Source of the DNA: Eledone cirrhosa
Lineage: Eukaryota
Direction: 5' to 3'
Length of the DNA stretch: 64,000 nucleotides
NCBI GenBank assembly: GCA_964016885.1
Contig: OZ024741.1
Span: 281,170,001 to 281,234,000 of the forward strand
Part shown: positions 34,471 through 47,232 of the stretch, one piece after another
Numbering within the stretch: position 1 is the stretch's first letter
Layout of the letters: every line of letters begins with the position of its first letter
The notes under the pieces: model-generated
Databases searched by the model: none
Seen by the model: the letters and a program-made list of their open reading frames with translations, nothing else
Told to the model about the DNA's origin: nothing
Made by a program: the position numbers and the translations under genes

Positions 34471-34659
34471 GGGGCGGTGGATTGGCAGTATCGGTAGAGA
34501 GTCGGACACCATCCTTTGAAGCATAGAGTTACGTCCCTTTATGATCTGAGTTCAAATCCCGCCGAGGTTAACTTTGCCTTTCATCCTTACGGGGTCGATA
34601 AAATAAAGTACCAGTAATGTACTAGGTAATTGCTGGCCTTGTGCCTAAAATAGAAACAA
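34471..34659 (+). mobile_element. Full-length tRNA-derived SINE with a 15-bp target-site duplication
   Basis: A box TGGCAGTATCGG, B box GAGTTCAAATCC; TSD TTATTTRCACATGCA at 34456-34470 and 34660-34674. Confidence 0.92.
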
Positions 34660-35083
34660 TTATTTACACATGCATTTATATATATGATTCAGATACTGGT
34701 TTTTAAACCGGCTCTCAGACATACCTAGATAGGTCCAGGCTTCAGTTTGGTGGTTCTGGTTGGCAGAGGTAACCTCAGCTTAGTATATCAATGCTGGAGT
34801 GTTGCACTGTTGGTCTAGTGGACATGTTTCAGGTCTTCTACATGAGCATCCATACGGTGGAGGGCTTTTGCATTTGCCAGTGATGTAGGATTTAATGTTG
34901 TTAGTGCAATAGTATCCTATTTTTACTGTATGGCAATTAAATATATTTTTGGTAGTTATGACCAGCAGGGAAATGGAGATCTATGAGGGCTAGGAATTTT
35001 TTACCTACATTCGTTTTCACATTAAGTGAGAAAGGTGATGTGACCCATGTGACATCTTTATGTCTAGGCTACCTATTATGCCA

Positions 35084-35330
35084 TTAATACTGAGGCGAAG
35101 GATATAGCCGACACCCTTAGAGTAGATAACAAGTTAGAGTGCTTGGCTAGGAGAGAGCCTTAAGGACTATAAGGATGACTCTGCCAACTCAGACTCATAA
35201 ACTCTGCTAAAACGGAGCTAGGTCTTGTTAGTAAGGATATTCTCAAAATTAATATAGCCATTAGGAAAGAGTCCAATCTTAATCAGTGGCATAATAGTTA
35301 AACTATTATAGATTGGTTTAATGTCCTAGA
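35084..35330 (+). pseudogene. Decayed Naiad-like PLE RT fragment
   Basis: Reads INTEAKDIADTL...RLINSAKTELGLVSKDIL...LNQWHNS.TIIDWFN, collinear with the 13976 ORF. Confidence 0.7.
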
Positions 35331-36732
35331 AATAGTAGCCAAACAGGGGAACCTCATGGTGGTCAATAGGTGTGCTAGAAATAGCGCCTAAATAGGGAGA
35401 AACCTCATGGTGGTCCATAGGTGTATTAGAAATAGCAGCTGAATAGAGGGAATCTAATGGTGGTCCATAGGTGTGCTAGAAATAGCAGCTAAATAGGGAT
35501 AACCTTGGTGGTCCATAGGTGCGCTAGAAATAGCAGGTGTATAGGGTGAACTCATAGTGGTCCATAGGTATGCTAGAAATAACAGCTAAATAGATGGAAT
35601 CTCATGGCTGTCCATAGGTGTGCTAGAAATAGCAGCTAAATGGGGGGAACAACATGGTAGTCCATACATGTGCTAGAAATAATAGCTACATCAGCTAAAC
35701 AGAGGGAACATCATGGTGGTCCATGGGTGTGCTAGAAATAGCAGCTAAATAAGTGGAACCTCATGGTGGCCCATAGCTGTGCTAGAAATAGCTACTGCAT
35801 CAACTAAACAGGGTGAACCTCATGGTGGTCTATAGCAGTGCTAGAAATAGCAGCTAAATAGAGGGAACCACTTGGTGGTCGATAGGTGTGCTAGATATAG
35901 CAGCTAAATAGGAGAAACCTTATGGTGGTCCATAGGTGTGCTAGAAATATTAGCTAAATAGGTGGAACCTCTTAGTAGTGCTTACGTATGTTAGAAATGG
36001 CAGCTAAATAGGGGAACTGATGGTGGTCCTTTAGTGTGTTAGAAATAGCAACTAAACGGGGGCAATCTCATGGAGGTCAATAGGTGTCCTAGAAATAGCA
36101 ACTAAATAGGGGGAACCCCATGCTGGTGCAATAGTGTGCTAGAAATAGCAGCTAAATAGAGGGAAGCACATGGTGGTTGATCGTTGTGCTAGAAATGATA
36201 GTGACATCAGCTAGACTGGGGGAACCTCAAGGTTGTCCGTAAGTGTTTTAGAAATCGCAGCTAAATAGAGTGGACACTTATGGTGGCCCATAGGTGTGAT
36301 AGGTATAGCAGCTAAATAGGGAATGTCATGGTGGTCCATAGGTGTGCTAGAAATAACAGCTAAATAGAGGGAACCACATGATGGTCTATAGGTGTGCTAG
36401 AAATAGCAGCTAAATAAAGGTAACCTCATGGTGGTCCATAGGTGTGCTAGAAATAGCAAATAAATAGGGGGAACCTCAAGGTGGTCCATAAGTGTGCTAG
36501 AAATAACAGCTAAATAGGGAAACCACATGGTGGTCTATAGGTGTACAAGAAATAGCAGCTAAATAGGAGGAAAACTCATGGTGGTCCGTAGATGTGCTAG
36601 AAAAAGCAGCTAAATAGGGGAAACCTCTTGGTGGACCATAGGTGTGTTAGAAATAGCATCTTCATCAGCTGAACATGGGAAACCTCACGGTGTTTCATAT
36701 GTGCGTTAGAGGTAGCAGCTGCATCAGCTAAA
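35325..36732. repeat. Diverged satellite, about 27 copies of a ~50-bp unit
   Basis: Consensus AACCTCATGGTGGTCCATAGGTGTGCTAGAAATAGCAGCTAAATAGGGG. Confidence 0.92.
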
Positions 36733-37009
36733 CAGCGTGATATACTGTCGATATATACTTTTTTTTTAGAGTTCCTGCCATGAAGTGATTTGACTTGTCG
36801 ACTTCGGATTGTTTTTTACAAATTCGCCAGATTATTTTCCCTGTCATGGACACTTGAGAACATTTATTTTTTTTCCGTTCTTCTGCCTTTATGGATGTTG
36901 AGGGAAATTTGTGCTGTTTTCCCGTTGTTCTGAACATCTAAAGAAATTTCTGCATTCTTTTTACATGAATATCACTTACTTTTGCTACATCCAAGCTGAT
37001 ATAGATTGA

Positions 37010-39160
37010 CAATGAGTGGTCCTAATTTACCTGCTTCTTCTTCAATTTTGAACCAGCCCGTCTCGACACGTGAGGATGCCATGTTAAAAGCTATTGATGC
37101 TTTGACGCAGCAAGTTGCTCGGTTATGCAGGGAGAATAGGCCGTATTCCTGGCGGCCTAGGAGTCGTTTGCGTTCTTTTGCGACTCCACGTTGGCATACT
37201 ACTTCGCCCGCCAGCAATCCATTATTTTGCTGGTATCACGCCACCTTCACGGAGAAGGCAAAACATTGCCGGCCTCCATGTAAATATTCAGCTTCGGGAA
37301 ATGCAGATCAGAGTCACTAAAGGAGGCAAGTGAACTTTGCGAGACACAACAGAATCGCCATTTCTTCATAGAGGACCTCCTGTCTGGAAGAGCCTTCCTC
37401 GTAGACACAGGAGCTTCATGCAGTATCTTGCCTGTTAATTGTATGACAGTAACTCCTCCTGACAGTAACTCCTTTGGACAGATCTCGCTTCCTCTTCAGT
37501 TTCAAAATCTTCGTCAGGATTTCAAATGGGTTTTCACTGTTGCCGACCTGCCATACCCGATTTTGGGCGCGGACTTCCTGCACAATTTTTCTTTGACGGT
37601 GGACGTCCGTCACCAACGCCTAGTCGACGATATAACTGGTTTTTCTCTTTGTGGCAGGACAGCAGAAGTTTCTACAGTTAGCCCGACATTCTTCATCACT
37701 AACTCCGGAAACCCATATCATGGATTGTTGAAATCGTTCCCGCAACTGACTCATGGAAATTTTAGAGTCACTGATCCAAACTACGCCACGGAGCATTTTA
37801 TTACTACTACTACTGGTGCTCCGGTTTTTTCGCATCCCCGTCGATTGCCAGTGGACAAACTGAAAGCAGCACGGTCCGAGTTCGATCATATGCTACAGCT
37901 CGGAATTATTCATCCTTCTACGAGCCCGTGGGCATCTCCATTACATATGGTGCCAAATTCTTCTGGCGATTGGAGACCCACAGGGGATTATAGACGATTG
38001 AACTCGATGACCGTACTGGATCGGTATCCTATCCCTCATCTGCAGGATTTTTCATCCTCGTTGCAAGGTTGTAACATTTTTTCGAAACTCGATTTGATAC
38101 GAGCCTACAACCAGATTCCTGTCAACAGAGACGACATCCTGAAAACGGCTATAACTATGCCATTTGGATATTTTGAATTTCTCACCATGCCTTTCAGGTT
38201 AAGAAATGCTGCTAGCACCTTCCAGCGTTTTATGGATGAGGTCACTCGCGGCCTCGATTTTGTATACACATATATTGATGATCTTGTTGCTAGCTCTTCT
38301 CCAGAGCAACATTTGCGCCATCTGGACCTTCTATTTTGTCGTTTGAAGGATTACAATGTTCTGATTAATCCATCAAAATGTGTTTTTGGTTCCGAATCTC
38401 TGAATTTTTTGGGCCACGTCATTGACGCTGAAGGTATTCGACCTATTCCTGAGAGAGTTAAAGTTATAGAGGATTTGCCTCCACCAACCTCACTCCGTCA
38501 GTTGCGCCAATTCTTGGGGCTGATTAATTTTTATAGGTGGTTTGTGCCTAATTGTGCTAAGCTACTCTTCTCTTTGACGGAAATTTTGAAAAATTGCCGA
38601 AAGAAAGACGTTTCTTTGAATGAAACTCAGCTCGAGGATTTTGAGAATGCGAAAATTGCTCTAGCCAATGCATCTTTGCTGGCTCACCCAGTGTCCAATG
38701 CTAAGCTTTCGCTTTGTGTTGATGCGTCGGATACTGCCGTGGGCGCAGTTTTACAACAAAGTAGGAATGATCAACAGCAACCGTTGGAATTTTTCTCCAG
38801 GAAGCTGAAACCTGCCAAAACCCGCTACAGCACCTTTGGATGGGAGTTGTTAGCTATATACTTATCGGTGAAGCATTTTTCGCAGATGTTTGAAGGAAGA
38901 ACGTTCACCATCTTCACGGACCATAAGCTGTTGACATTCGCCTTGCAAGCAAAGGCTGAAAAAATACTCGCCCAGAGAAACTAGACATCTTGACCTCATC
39001 TCTCAATTTACTAATGATATTCAACATATTCCGGGTTCTATGAATACAGCGGCTGACGCCCTGTCTCGTTTGCCGATTGCTTCGATCTCGTCGTCCGATG
39101 ACATAGATTTGAATCGCTTGGCAGCCGATCAGCCTACCTTCGAATCATTGATGTTACAGC
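37010..39160 (+). mobile_element. Gypsy/Ty3 LTR retrotransposon internal fragment (gag end, protease, RT, RNase H)
   Basis: CWYH...C..PC gag knuckle; FLVDTGAS; [19 protein letters not shown]; VDASD, FTDHK; no integrase or LTR seen. Confidence 0.93.
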
Positions 39161-39492
39161 GTCTGAATTTGGCGAAACAGCAATATTGCACCATGCGGTC
39201 ACGGGATATTTGAACACCGCCACTTAATGATAATTACGAATTACCAATCAAGGAGCAACTGATATGATAACCTGTTATGTTTATTGCTCTGATTAAAATG
39301 CTGATGTACATATAATCTCGAAGTATGTTCTTTTTGCTTAATTGTTTACCTACACCTAACAACAAACAGAAGAGATGTTCTAGCAGCCAAGCTAGGGAAA
39401 CGAACTCCCCTCTAAATCGTAAAAAACGCAGCCTTCTAAAATTGATGACCATTTCTCCTAAATCTTTATGGAAAGGGGGATGGTAACTGTGT

Positions 39493-40300
39493 CTACATGA
39501 GAAAGAGTTGTAACAAGTCTTTATAGAATGGAGATGGTAAGAATATGTGTGAAAGCCTTTTTAAATCATTGATGCCTGCTTTTAGGCAACTTTTTGGAGG
39601 AGTATTTTTGCTTAAGGTATCGTTGCAGATTGATAATAGGACTGAAGTAAGGTTTGGGCCTTTCCAAATTATACTGGGTATGTTGTCGAGACTGGGTGAT
39701 TTTTTATTTTCAAGTGTTTTGATCACCTGTTTGAAAAGTCCAGTGGAGATGTCGAGTTCAGGTGACTTTCGGAGATCGCCTTCTACAGTGGATGGTTCAC
39801 CCAGTAGACCCTTGAAGTGGTCAGTCCAGCTCTTTTTTCTAGCTTCTTGGGAGCCTCCTTTGATGATGGGTAAAGGTTATTTTGTTGACTAGAGCCCATG
39901 TGGCTGCATGCTGTTTGTTTAAATGAAGGGTCTTAAGTTTGTTTATTTTTCCTTCTACATACTCTGCAAGAGCAGTTGTATACGCCCCATCAAGGTCTTT
40001 TTTGCATTGGGTTATTTCGCTTTTCAGTAAACTAGTTGGATTTGAGTTGTACTGAGAAGTTAGACTTTGCAATTTTTCATGTGCTGAAGATACTAAGATA
40101 TACTATCTCAATTTTGTGAGCTTCCTTTTGGTCTTTTGGGGTAAGCTGGATTTGCAATAATCCGGTTAGAGTATTGTCTCAATGGAATTATAATGCAGGA
40201 TAGTTCAGAGAACCTATTGTAGACACTAATTGCATAGCAGCTGGAGAGCTCCTTATCTGATGACACTAACCTCAAGTCAATTTGTTTCAACAAGTTGGCT
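39493..40300 (-). mobile_element. Decayed RTE-group LINE fragment
   Basis: IKTLENKKSPSLDNIP..IWK...LLSICN and YAISVYNRFSEL remnants. Confidence 0.6.
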
Positions 40301-40319
40301 TGAGGTTATAAATGATTTC

Positions 40320-42940
40320 ATTGTTACTAGAAGATGAGACAGAGTGACTGTTAGGAACACAAAGTTCCTCCCTAGTGAAGAATACACCTCCTAACATAAC
40401 TTAGTAGTTAGCGACCTTATAGTCAGGGCTAGAAGAACACAACAACAGAAGCCAACCTGGAGGAGACGAGTATGGAAATTAAAAGACCCATCAAACAGTG
40501 ACAAATTTAGAAGTATGTTGACTGACACCTTTGACAGCAAGGAAGAACAAATAGAGACTTACAATATAGAGGAGCAGTGGGAGTTCCTGAAAGATAACCA
40601 ACTGAAGGTGACAGATCAAATCTGTGGTAGGAGTAGGTCTCTAGGAATACGGAGTGACTTGGTGGTGGAATAGTAAGTAGATGAGACAATTAAGGCCAAA
40701 AGACAGGTTTGGAAAGATTAGCATAATGGGGGTAGCAGGGAAGTTTACCAGAAGTCTAGGAGAGAAGCTAGAAGGGAAGCAGAAAACAAAAATTTTAAGC
40801 ATGTTTTGCAGCATGAGGATCAAAGACATGAGGTGTTCAGGATCACTAGACAGTGTGTCAGGGAAAATTGTGATGTTGGTGGGGAGATGTGTCCCCGAAA
40901 TGATTTTGGTGAACTTACCCTCACTGAAAAGAAGGTAGCATGGATGTGCCACTATGAAAGATTACTGAATGAGGAGAATGCATGGGATAAAGACAGTCTG
41001 TTACATATCAATCCAACAGAGGGACCGGCTGTACAAGTTAACGGTAGTATACTAAGTAAGGCAATCAAGGATATGAAGCCAGGCAGGGCAGCTGGTCCCT
41101 CAGGGATAGTTGCTGAGATGCTGAAAACTCCAAGTGTGGTGGGCCACACCATAGTCTCCCACATTGTAAACCAAGTCATACAAAATGGTGTCATACCCAA
41201 TGACTGGTATAGCAACATCATCGTAAGCTGCTACAAGGGCAAAGGAGATGCTCTAGATAGAGAAAACTATAGATGTATTAAGTTGGTTAACCCAGTTATG
41301 AAGGTGACTGAAAGAGTCGTAGCTCAGCTGATTTGAGAACGTGTTAACATAGATGAGATGCAGTTTGCATTTGTCTCACAGGTAAGAGTACCACAGATGC
41401 CCTCTTCCCTCTAAGACAACTGCAGGAGAAGTACCTAGCTAAGAGTAAGCCACTCTACTTGGCTTTTATCGACCGTGGGAAAGCTTTTGACAGAGTTCCC
41501 CATTCCATTATCTGGTGGGCTCTTAGAAAACTAGGAGTTAACGAATGGCTTGTGAGGGCAGTTCAAGCAATGTATAGAAGAACAGCCAGTAAGGTTAGAA
41601 TTAACAATGACTATAGTCAAGAATTTAGCATGCAGGTTGGTGTCCATCAGGACTGTTCTTAGCCCTCTTCTGTTTATTATCATCCTGCAGACAATAACGT
41701 AAGAGTTTAAGACTGGCTGCCCATGGGAACTTCTGTATGCTGATGACCTAACCCTTATAGCTGAACTAGAGATGAAATTCCAAACATGGAAGCAAGGCCT
41801 AGAATCTAACGGTCTTAAAGTCAACCTGGCAAAGACTAAAATCCTAGTAAGTAGAAGGGAAAACAGGGCCCAGATCTCCTCTAGGCCCTGCTCAGTGTGC
41901 AGAAAAGGAGTAGGTAGAAATTCCATTCTATCTACCAAATGCAAGCAATGGGTTCACAAGAGATGTAGTGGGATCTCAGGCAGGTTAACAAAGCATGTAG
42001 GTTTTACTTGTGGCTGGTGCACAGGGGCAGTTAGTAGTAAGAACCCTCATGATACAATCACCTTCAAATGCTCAGAGGGCTCGGTTGAAGTGGTAGATAG
42101 TTTCTGTTACCTAGATGACCAAATCAATAGTGGGGGAGGATGTTCTGAAAACACAGTAACCAGAGTGAGGTCGGGTTGGAGAAAGTTCAGGGAGGTTTTT
42201 CCCTCAAAATGAAAGGCAGACTGTATGATGCATGTATACGAACAACAATGTTGCACAGCAGTGACACCTGGGCACTGTGTGCTGAGGACCTGTGAAGATT
42301 GGAAAGAAATGAAACCTCCATGCTTCACTGGATGTGCAATAGCAATATACACAAATGGCAAAGTATAAATGTACTGCAGGAGAAATTAGGTATAAGAGGG
42401 ATCAGTTATTGCGTGCAGGAGAGGAGATTGCGTTGGTATGGACATGTGATGCGTATAAAGGATGACAGTTGTATAAAAAGGTGCTGAGCACTCAAAGTTG
42501 ATGGTAGCCATGGAGTGGGCAGGCCTAGGAAGACTTGTAATAAAAGCTGACCTTGCACAATTACACCTCTCAAAGGCAATGACACAGGACCACAACCTCT
42601 GGCGTTATGCAGTTTTACTGAAGAGCCGCCCTCTATTATTCTCAGGCTGAGGATTATACTTAGTAGGCAACACCTTCCTCAACCTTCTCCCTCTCATTCA
42701 CCTCCCTTTATGGTAACCATCCCTCCCTTGTAAAGTGGTCGTATAAAAGAAGAAGCACCCAGCACACACTGTAAATGTGGTTGGCGTTAGGAAGGGTCTC
42801 CAGCCGTAGAAAACCAGCCAGAAACAGTCCTATATGAACGAGACATGGTCACTCGACCCAACTTGCCTCTAAATGGGAGACAAACCCTTGTAACCCATGC
42901 TAGCATGGAAGATAGATGTTAAGCGATAATGATGATGATA
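40320..42940 (+). mobile_element. Decayed RTE LINE (PHD-bearing family) with long 3' UTR
   Basis: ORF pieces 40806-42487 align with the 982-aa ORF; (GAT)n tail. Confidence 0.92.
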
Positions 42941-43495
42941 TATGCACACACATATGTGTGTGTGTGTATCTATTATATTTGTTTTACTGCAACCATAGAG
43001 ATGCAACACTAGTATATATACTGTAACTTTACTTATGGTGAAGAAGGTGCAAATCTGTTGTCTGTATTCTAATAGTTAGCTACAGCTGGATTTGAATTTA
43101 GTTTTAAGCTGCTGGATTGATGGACACAAATAATACTTCTAAACTTTGCTTATAGTCTATTATATTATCCGTTTCTCCCCAGTCTATTCCACTGAAAATA
43201 GGTACCACAGCCATTTTACAGTTAGTGATTAACAGATAAGTAAGGCATTGATTTGTAAGAATACTTGAATACTTGTTCCAAAAATATGTAAGCAGAAATT
43301 AGCCCACGTGTGTCAGTATGGTAAAATAAATGTAAAAACAGAACAAAAATCAACAACAAAATTGCAAGTTATTTAGTGTAATTAGTGCACCATTCTGTTC
43401 TTTTGTGCCATATTATCTAGTACACTGCTACTTTGTCTGTGTTGAAATTCCCTTCAGGATGAATTTACTTTTCATCTTACCCAAGTCAATACAAA

Positions 43496-43785
43496 TCTAT
43501 ATATCTAAAACAGAGAATGTGTGTCTGTCTGACTCCCTAAAACTCGAGAACCACCCAACTGATGTTTTTCAAACTTTACATATGTAATACTTATGGTCGT
43601 GTGAGTGTTTTGAGCAAAAACTATTTCAAATTTTCAATGCCCTAGGGACCGCAATAGGCGATTTAGCGATCTCTCTCTGTCTTTCTTAGTCTGTCTTTTT
43701 AGATAGATACATAGCTACAATGTCATGCCCTTATAATATCTGTCTGTATTTCTGGCTGTCTGCATTACGACATTATGACACTATC

Positions 43786-43817
<32 letters not shown>

Positions 43818-44255
43818 TATATATAGTGTCTAACGTTTTTCGAAATATTTACTTCTGCGTTCACAGATTGATTTTTTTAGTTTCAGAAGATTAAGGGTGA
43901 AAGCAGTGATTCTTCACTTAAACTTTAATCTGTTATTTTACTATATATATATATATATAATTATATATTCGTGTACAGATATTTTTGCATACACAATAAC
44001 AAAATATAAACAAACGTATTTATTTCACGAGGCTCGACAGCAGCAAAAACAACAACAAAAAAGAGAGGGAACACAATTACATGCTTTTGAAAAATCTTAA
44101 TGGAAAATTATTTGCCTATTCACCCAAGGCGACTTCACTTTTTATTAGGACTTCTGCATCAATTGGTGAACATACGACGAAACTGTTTCAGAAAGGAGGG
44201 ATAAACATGACAATCTATGTTTAGAATCCCAAGCAACGCCGGGCCATTCTACTAG
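43496..44255 (+). mobile_element. Non-autonomous Helitron
   Basis: A|TC 5' end, CTAG|T 3' end, subterminal hairpin CCCAAGCAACGCCGGG, internal (TG)n. Confidence 0.8.
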
Positions 44256-45089
44256 TATCTTTAAAAAAAAAAAAAAACACAAAATGGTAAAATAAATATA
44301 ATTAAAAGGCCCCTACTTTGAAAACAGAAATATTTAAACAATTGTATTTTTAGGAATGTTGAGTGAATTATGAATTTTGAATATATCATCATCATTATTT
44401 AACATCTGCTTTCCCTGCTAGCAAGGGTTGGACTGGTTTACATAAATCAAGTCAGTACTGAAGAGAGAACACTCACTCGCTCGCCTGCTCGCCCACCCAC
44501 GGCCCTTTCAGAACTGATCTGGATGCTTAAGTTAGGCAATCTTTGGATTGATTCAAGATTCGGGAGGTACCTCCAGAGGGCTGGTTAGCTATAAATTCCT
44601 TCCTCTTCCCCTAGAAAACAAGCCCACACCTCAGCAATGCAGTGGGATTTTTGGCCGGCAAATATCTTCATGCGTCTTAACTTTGATCACTAAATTTTCC
44701 TTCTTACTACCTACATTTCATTTTCATTAGCTAGAAACACCCTTCTTCTCCCTGCCTGTACAAATTGATATGGTGTTATATATTAACATATTTTATATCT
44801 CTGTATGATTATCAATTTTGTGATATACATTAAGCATTAGCATAGTTTGATCTTGGTACTTTTAACATATCTTACCTTTTTGTTTTTTGTTTCTGTTTCT
44901 GTACTTTTACTTTTCCCCCATGTGATCTATTCCTTATTTATTTAATGGTAATCAATCTATCTTCAACTTTAATTTTATTTTATCTTATTTTATTTCTATA
45001 TGTCAACCTTGATTCTCACTTATGCCTGCTCCCTATATGTATATTATACTATATACTGGCTACTATGATTATATTATTACTACCGCCGC

Positions 45090-45180
45090 TATTTGCCTTT
45101 CATCCTTACGAGGTCGATAAAATAAAGTACCAGTAATGTACTGGGTAATTGCTGGCCTTGTGCCAAAAGTAGAAACAAAT
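45090..45180 (+). mobile_element. SINE 3' fragment
   Basis: Central domain and tail. Confidence 0.75.
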
Positions 45181-45899
45181 ATTTCTATAGTCATTGATAC
45201 TGAGCACCACTATCTCCTATTTAACTGAGGTGTCAGAGATACAGCCTTGACTGACAATTTTGTTGCTGTAGACAACTCTATCACCACCACCACTGCATAA
45301 TAAGGTTGACTATCGTGTAACCCCCTACTGTTAAAGCATCTGTAAATGACCTGATTCCTATGGTCAATCTCATGATTCCTCTGACCATGGGAATTCAGAA
45401 TGGCTGGGAAGATATGGTGAAGGAACTATCTTTGACCAATAGCTAGGGGTCTTGTATACCTTTTGTGTTGATGCTCTGAAGTTGTTCATTCTAAATCATG
45501 TCACTGGTGCTTTGAGAAAGCAACATCAATAATTAATCCATGACATATCAATGAATTGAAACAGCAAAAGTAATTTTTATTTTTTCTTCATGTCATCTTA
45601 TTTTTATTCTATGTAACTGTTCAATTGATAGCTGTCTGATGATGTCATAACTGTTGCATAACACTTATTGTTGAAATATAGCAATTGTGTAACTAATAAA
45701 TGAAGTAAATTCTAATCTGTTGACTTGTAATTCATTATTAAAATCCTTCAACAATGATGATAATGATTGTGTGGAAACCCTATAGATAATGAACACAACC
45801 ACACCCACAAGGATATGGTCCGAATGTGGAAGAACTGAACTTCCACTGTCATCGCCTCCATCTCCGTCGCCCTCCCCATTTCTCTGTATGGTGAGCAAA

Positions 45900-46132
45900 T
45901 GGGTCCCCATGTGCTGGCCCCATGTGGACAGAATGGAGAAGGCGTTGCCCCGGAGGATGGTAAGGGAGATGCATTGGAAGAGCCATTCCAACTCACGAGG
46001 CTCACACATGCAGCTGGCCAGCTCAGCACCTATGGTGGTGAGTAGGTAGGTAGGCTTAGGGCTAAGGACACCAGAAGTCTCCACTGCCAAGGGCACGACC
46101 GCAAACCTGTCGGAGAACGACCGGTACTTGGC
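45900..46132 (-). mobile_element. C-terminal fragment of a CRE-like (restriction-like endonuclease) non-LTR element
   Basis: KYRS...VVPLAVETSGVL...EPRE.EWLFQCISLTILRGNAFSIL resembles the P.A.ET.G ... QR.S....RGNA end of CRE proteins. Confidence 0.65.
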
Positions 46133-46308
46133 AGTATCGATAGAGGATCTGAGGCTATGCTTTGCAGCACAGAGTTATGTTCTTTTACAGTCTCATTCAA
46201 ATCCCGCCGAGGTTAACTTTGCCTTTCATCCTTATGGGGTTGATAAAATAAAGCACCAGTAATACACTGGGATGATTGGTGGCATTGTGCCAAAAGTAGA
46301 AACAATTA
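46128..46308 (+). mobile_element. tRNA-derived SINE
   Basis: A box remnant, TTCAAATCCCGCC, central domain and tail. Confidence 0.8.
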
Positions 46309-47232
46309 TAATAATACATTGTTGAGTGCTCTATACTGTGTGCACCAGTGTCAGTTGTTTAATAATTAGAAAAGAAGTGACATTTAGCAGTAATAATCTA
46401 TCGAGGTGGAAGAGAATGTTACCCAGTAATAGTTGATTGTATTTATTATGTTTATATTTCCATTCTGTTTAGCTAACACATATACCAAATATATATATAT
46501 ATATATATATATTTGGTATATGTGTTAGTTAAACAAATATATATATAGTAAGAACAAAGTGGAGGTTTTACATAGGAGATTTATTGCTCAATTCTGGTTA
46601 CAAATATTTCTCAAGCAGCTGGCTTGTGATCTGGGATGGCACCCCCAGACCAGACTCCAAATCTGCCTGATCATCAACAAAAAATCACAACAAATCTGTG
46701 GACGAACCAGCAAAGACAGTATCAAGCATATAGAATGACCAAACACGGGCCTAGAATTCAATGGATGCTCTTATCCCGAGCATTACAAGAAAAAAACTGT
46801 TATAAACAAAAACACACACATACATATACACACACACATACACACAAATACATACATATACATATATACACATCACAAAAATATACTCACAAAAATTACA
46901 AGGGTGTTGGTGCACATATATATATAAAGCAAGATAGAGAGGATGATTTTGTGATTGAGCACCAAAGTTAGTAGAAGTTGACATATTTAGTTTGTTGGTT
47001 TATAGTGCTAAGACTGGATCCTTGCATATGAGAATAGAATTTCTTGCTTTCCTAATGACAACATAGCCAATGTTATTACATAAGTAAACTGATATTACAC
47101 CACAACTAAGGCACTCTTATACTACACCTGCTCACACTTCAGCTGAAAATAGTTTTTGTTTAATTTTTTTTCTTAACATTATAAATCATTGTTGACAGTT
47201 ATATGTATTTATGTGTGTATGCGTATGTATAT

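Noticed and set aside
35325-36732. GCTAGAAATAGCA matches the Cas9 sgRNA scaffold tetraloop, and the array looks CRISPR-like
   Set aside because: The sgRNA GAAA linker is synthetic, the rest of the scaffold is absent, the units have no unique spacers, no cas genes are present, and the context is eukaryotic repeats
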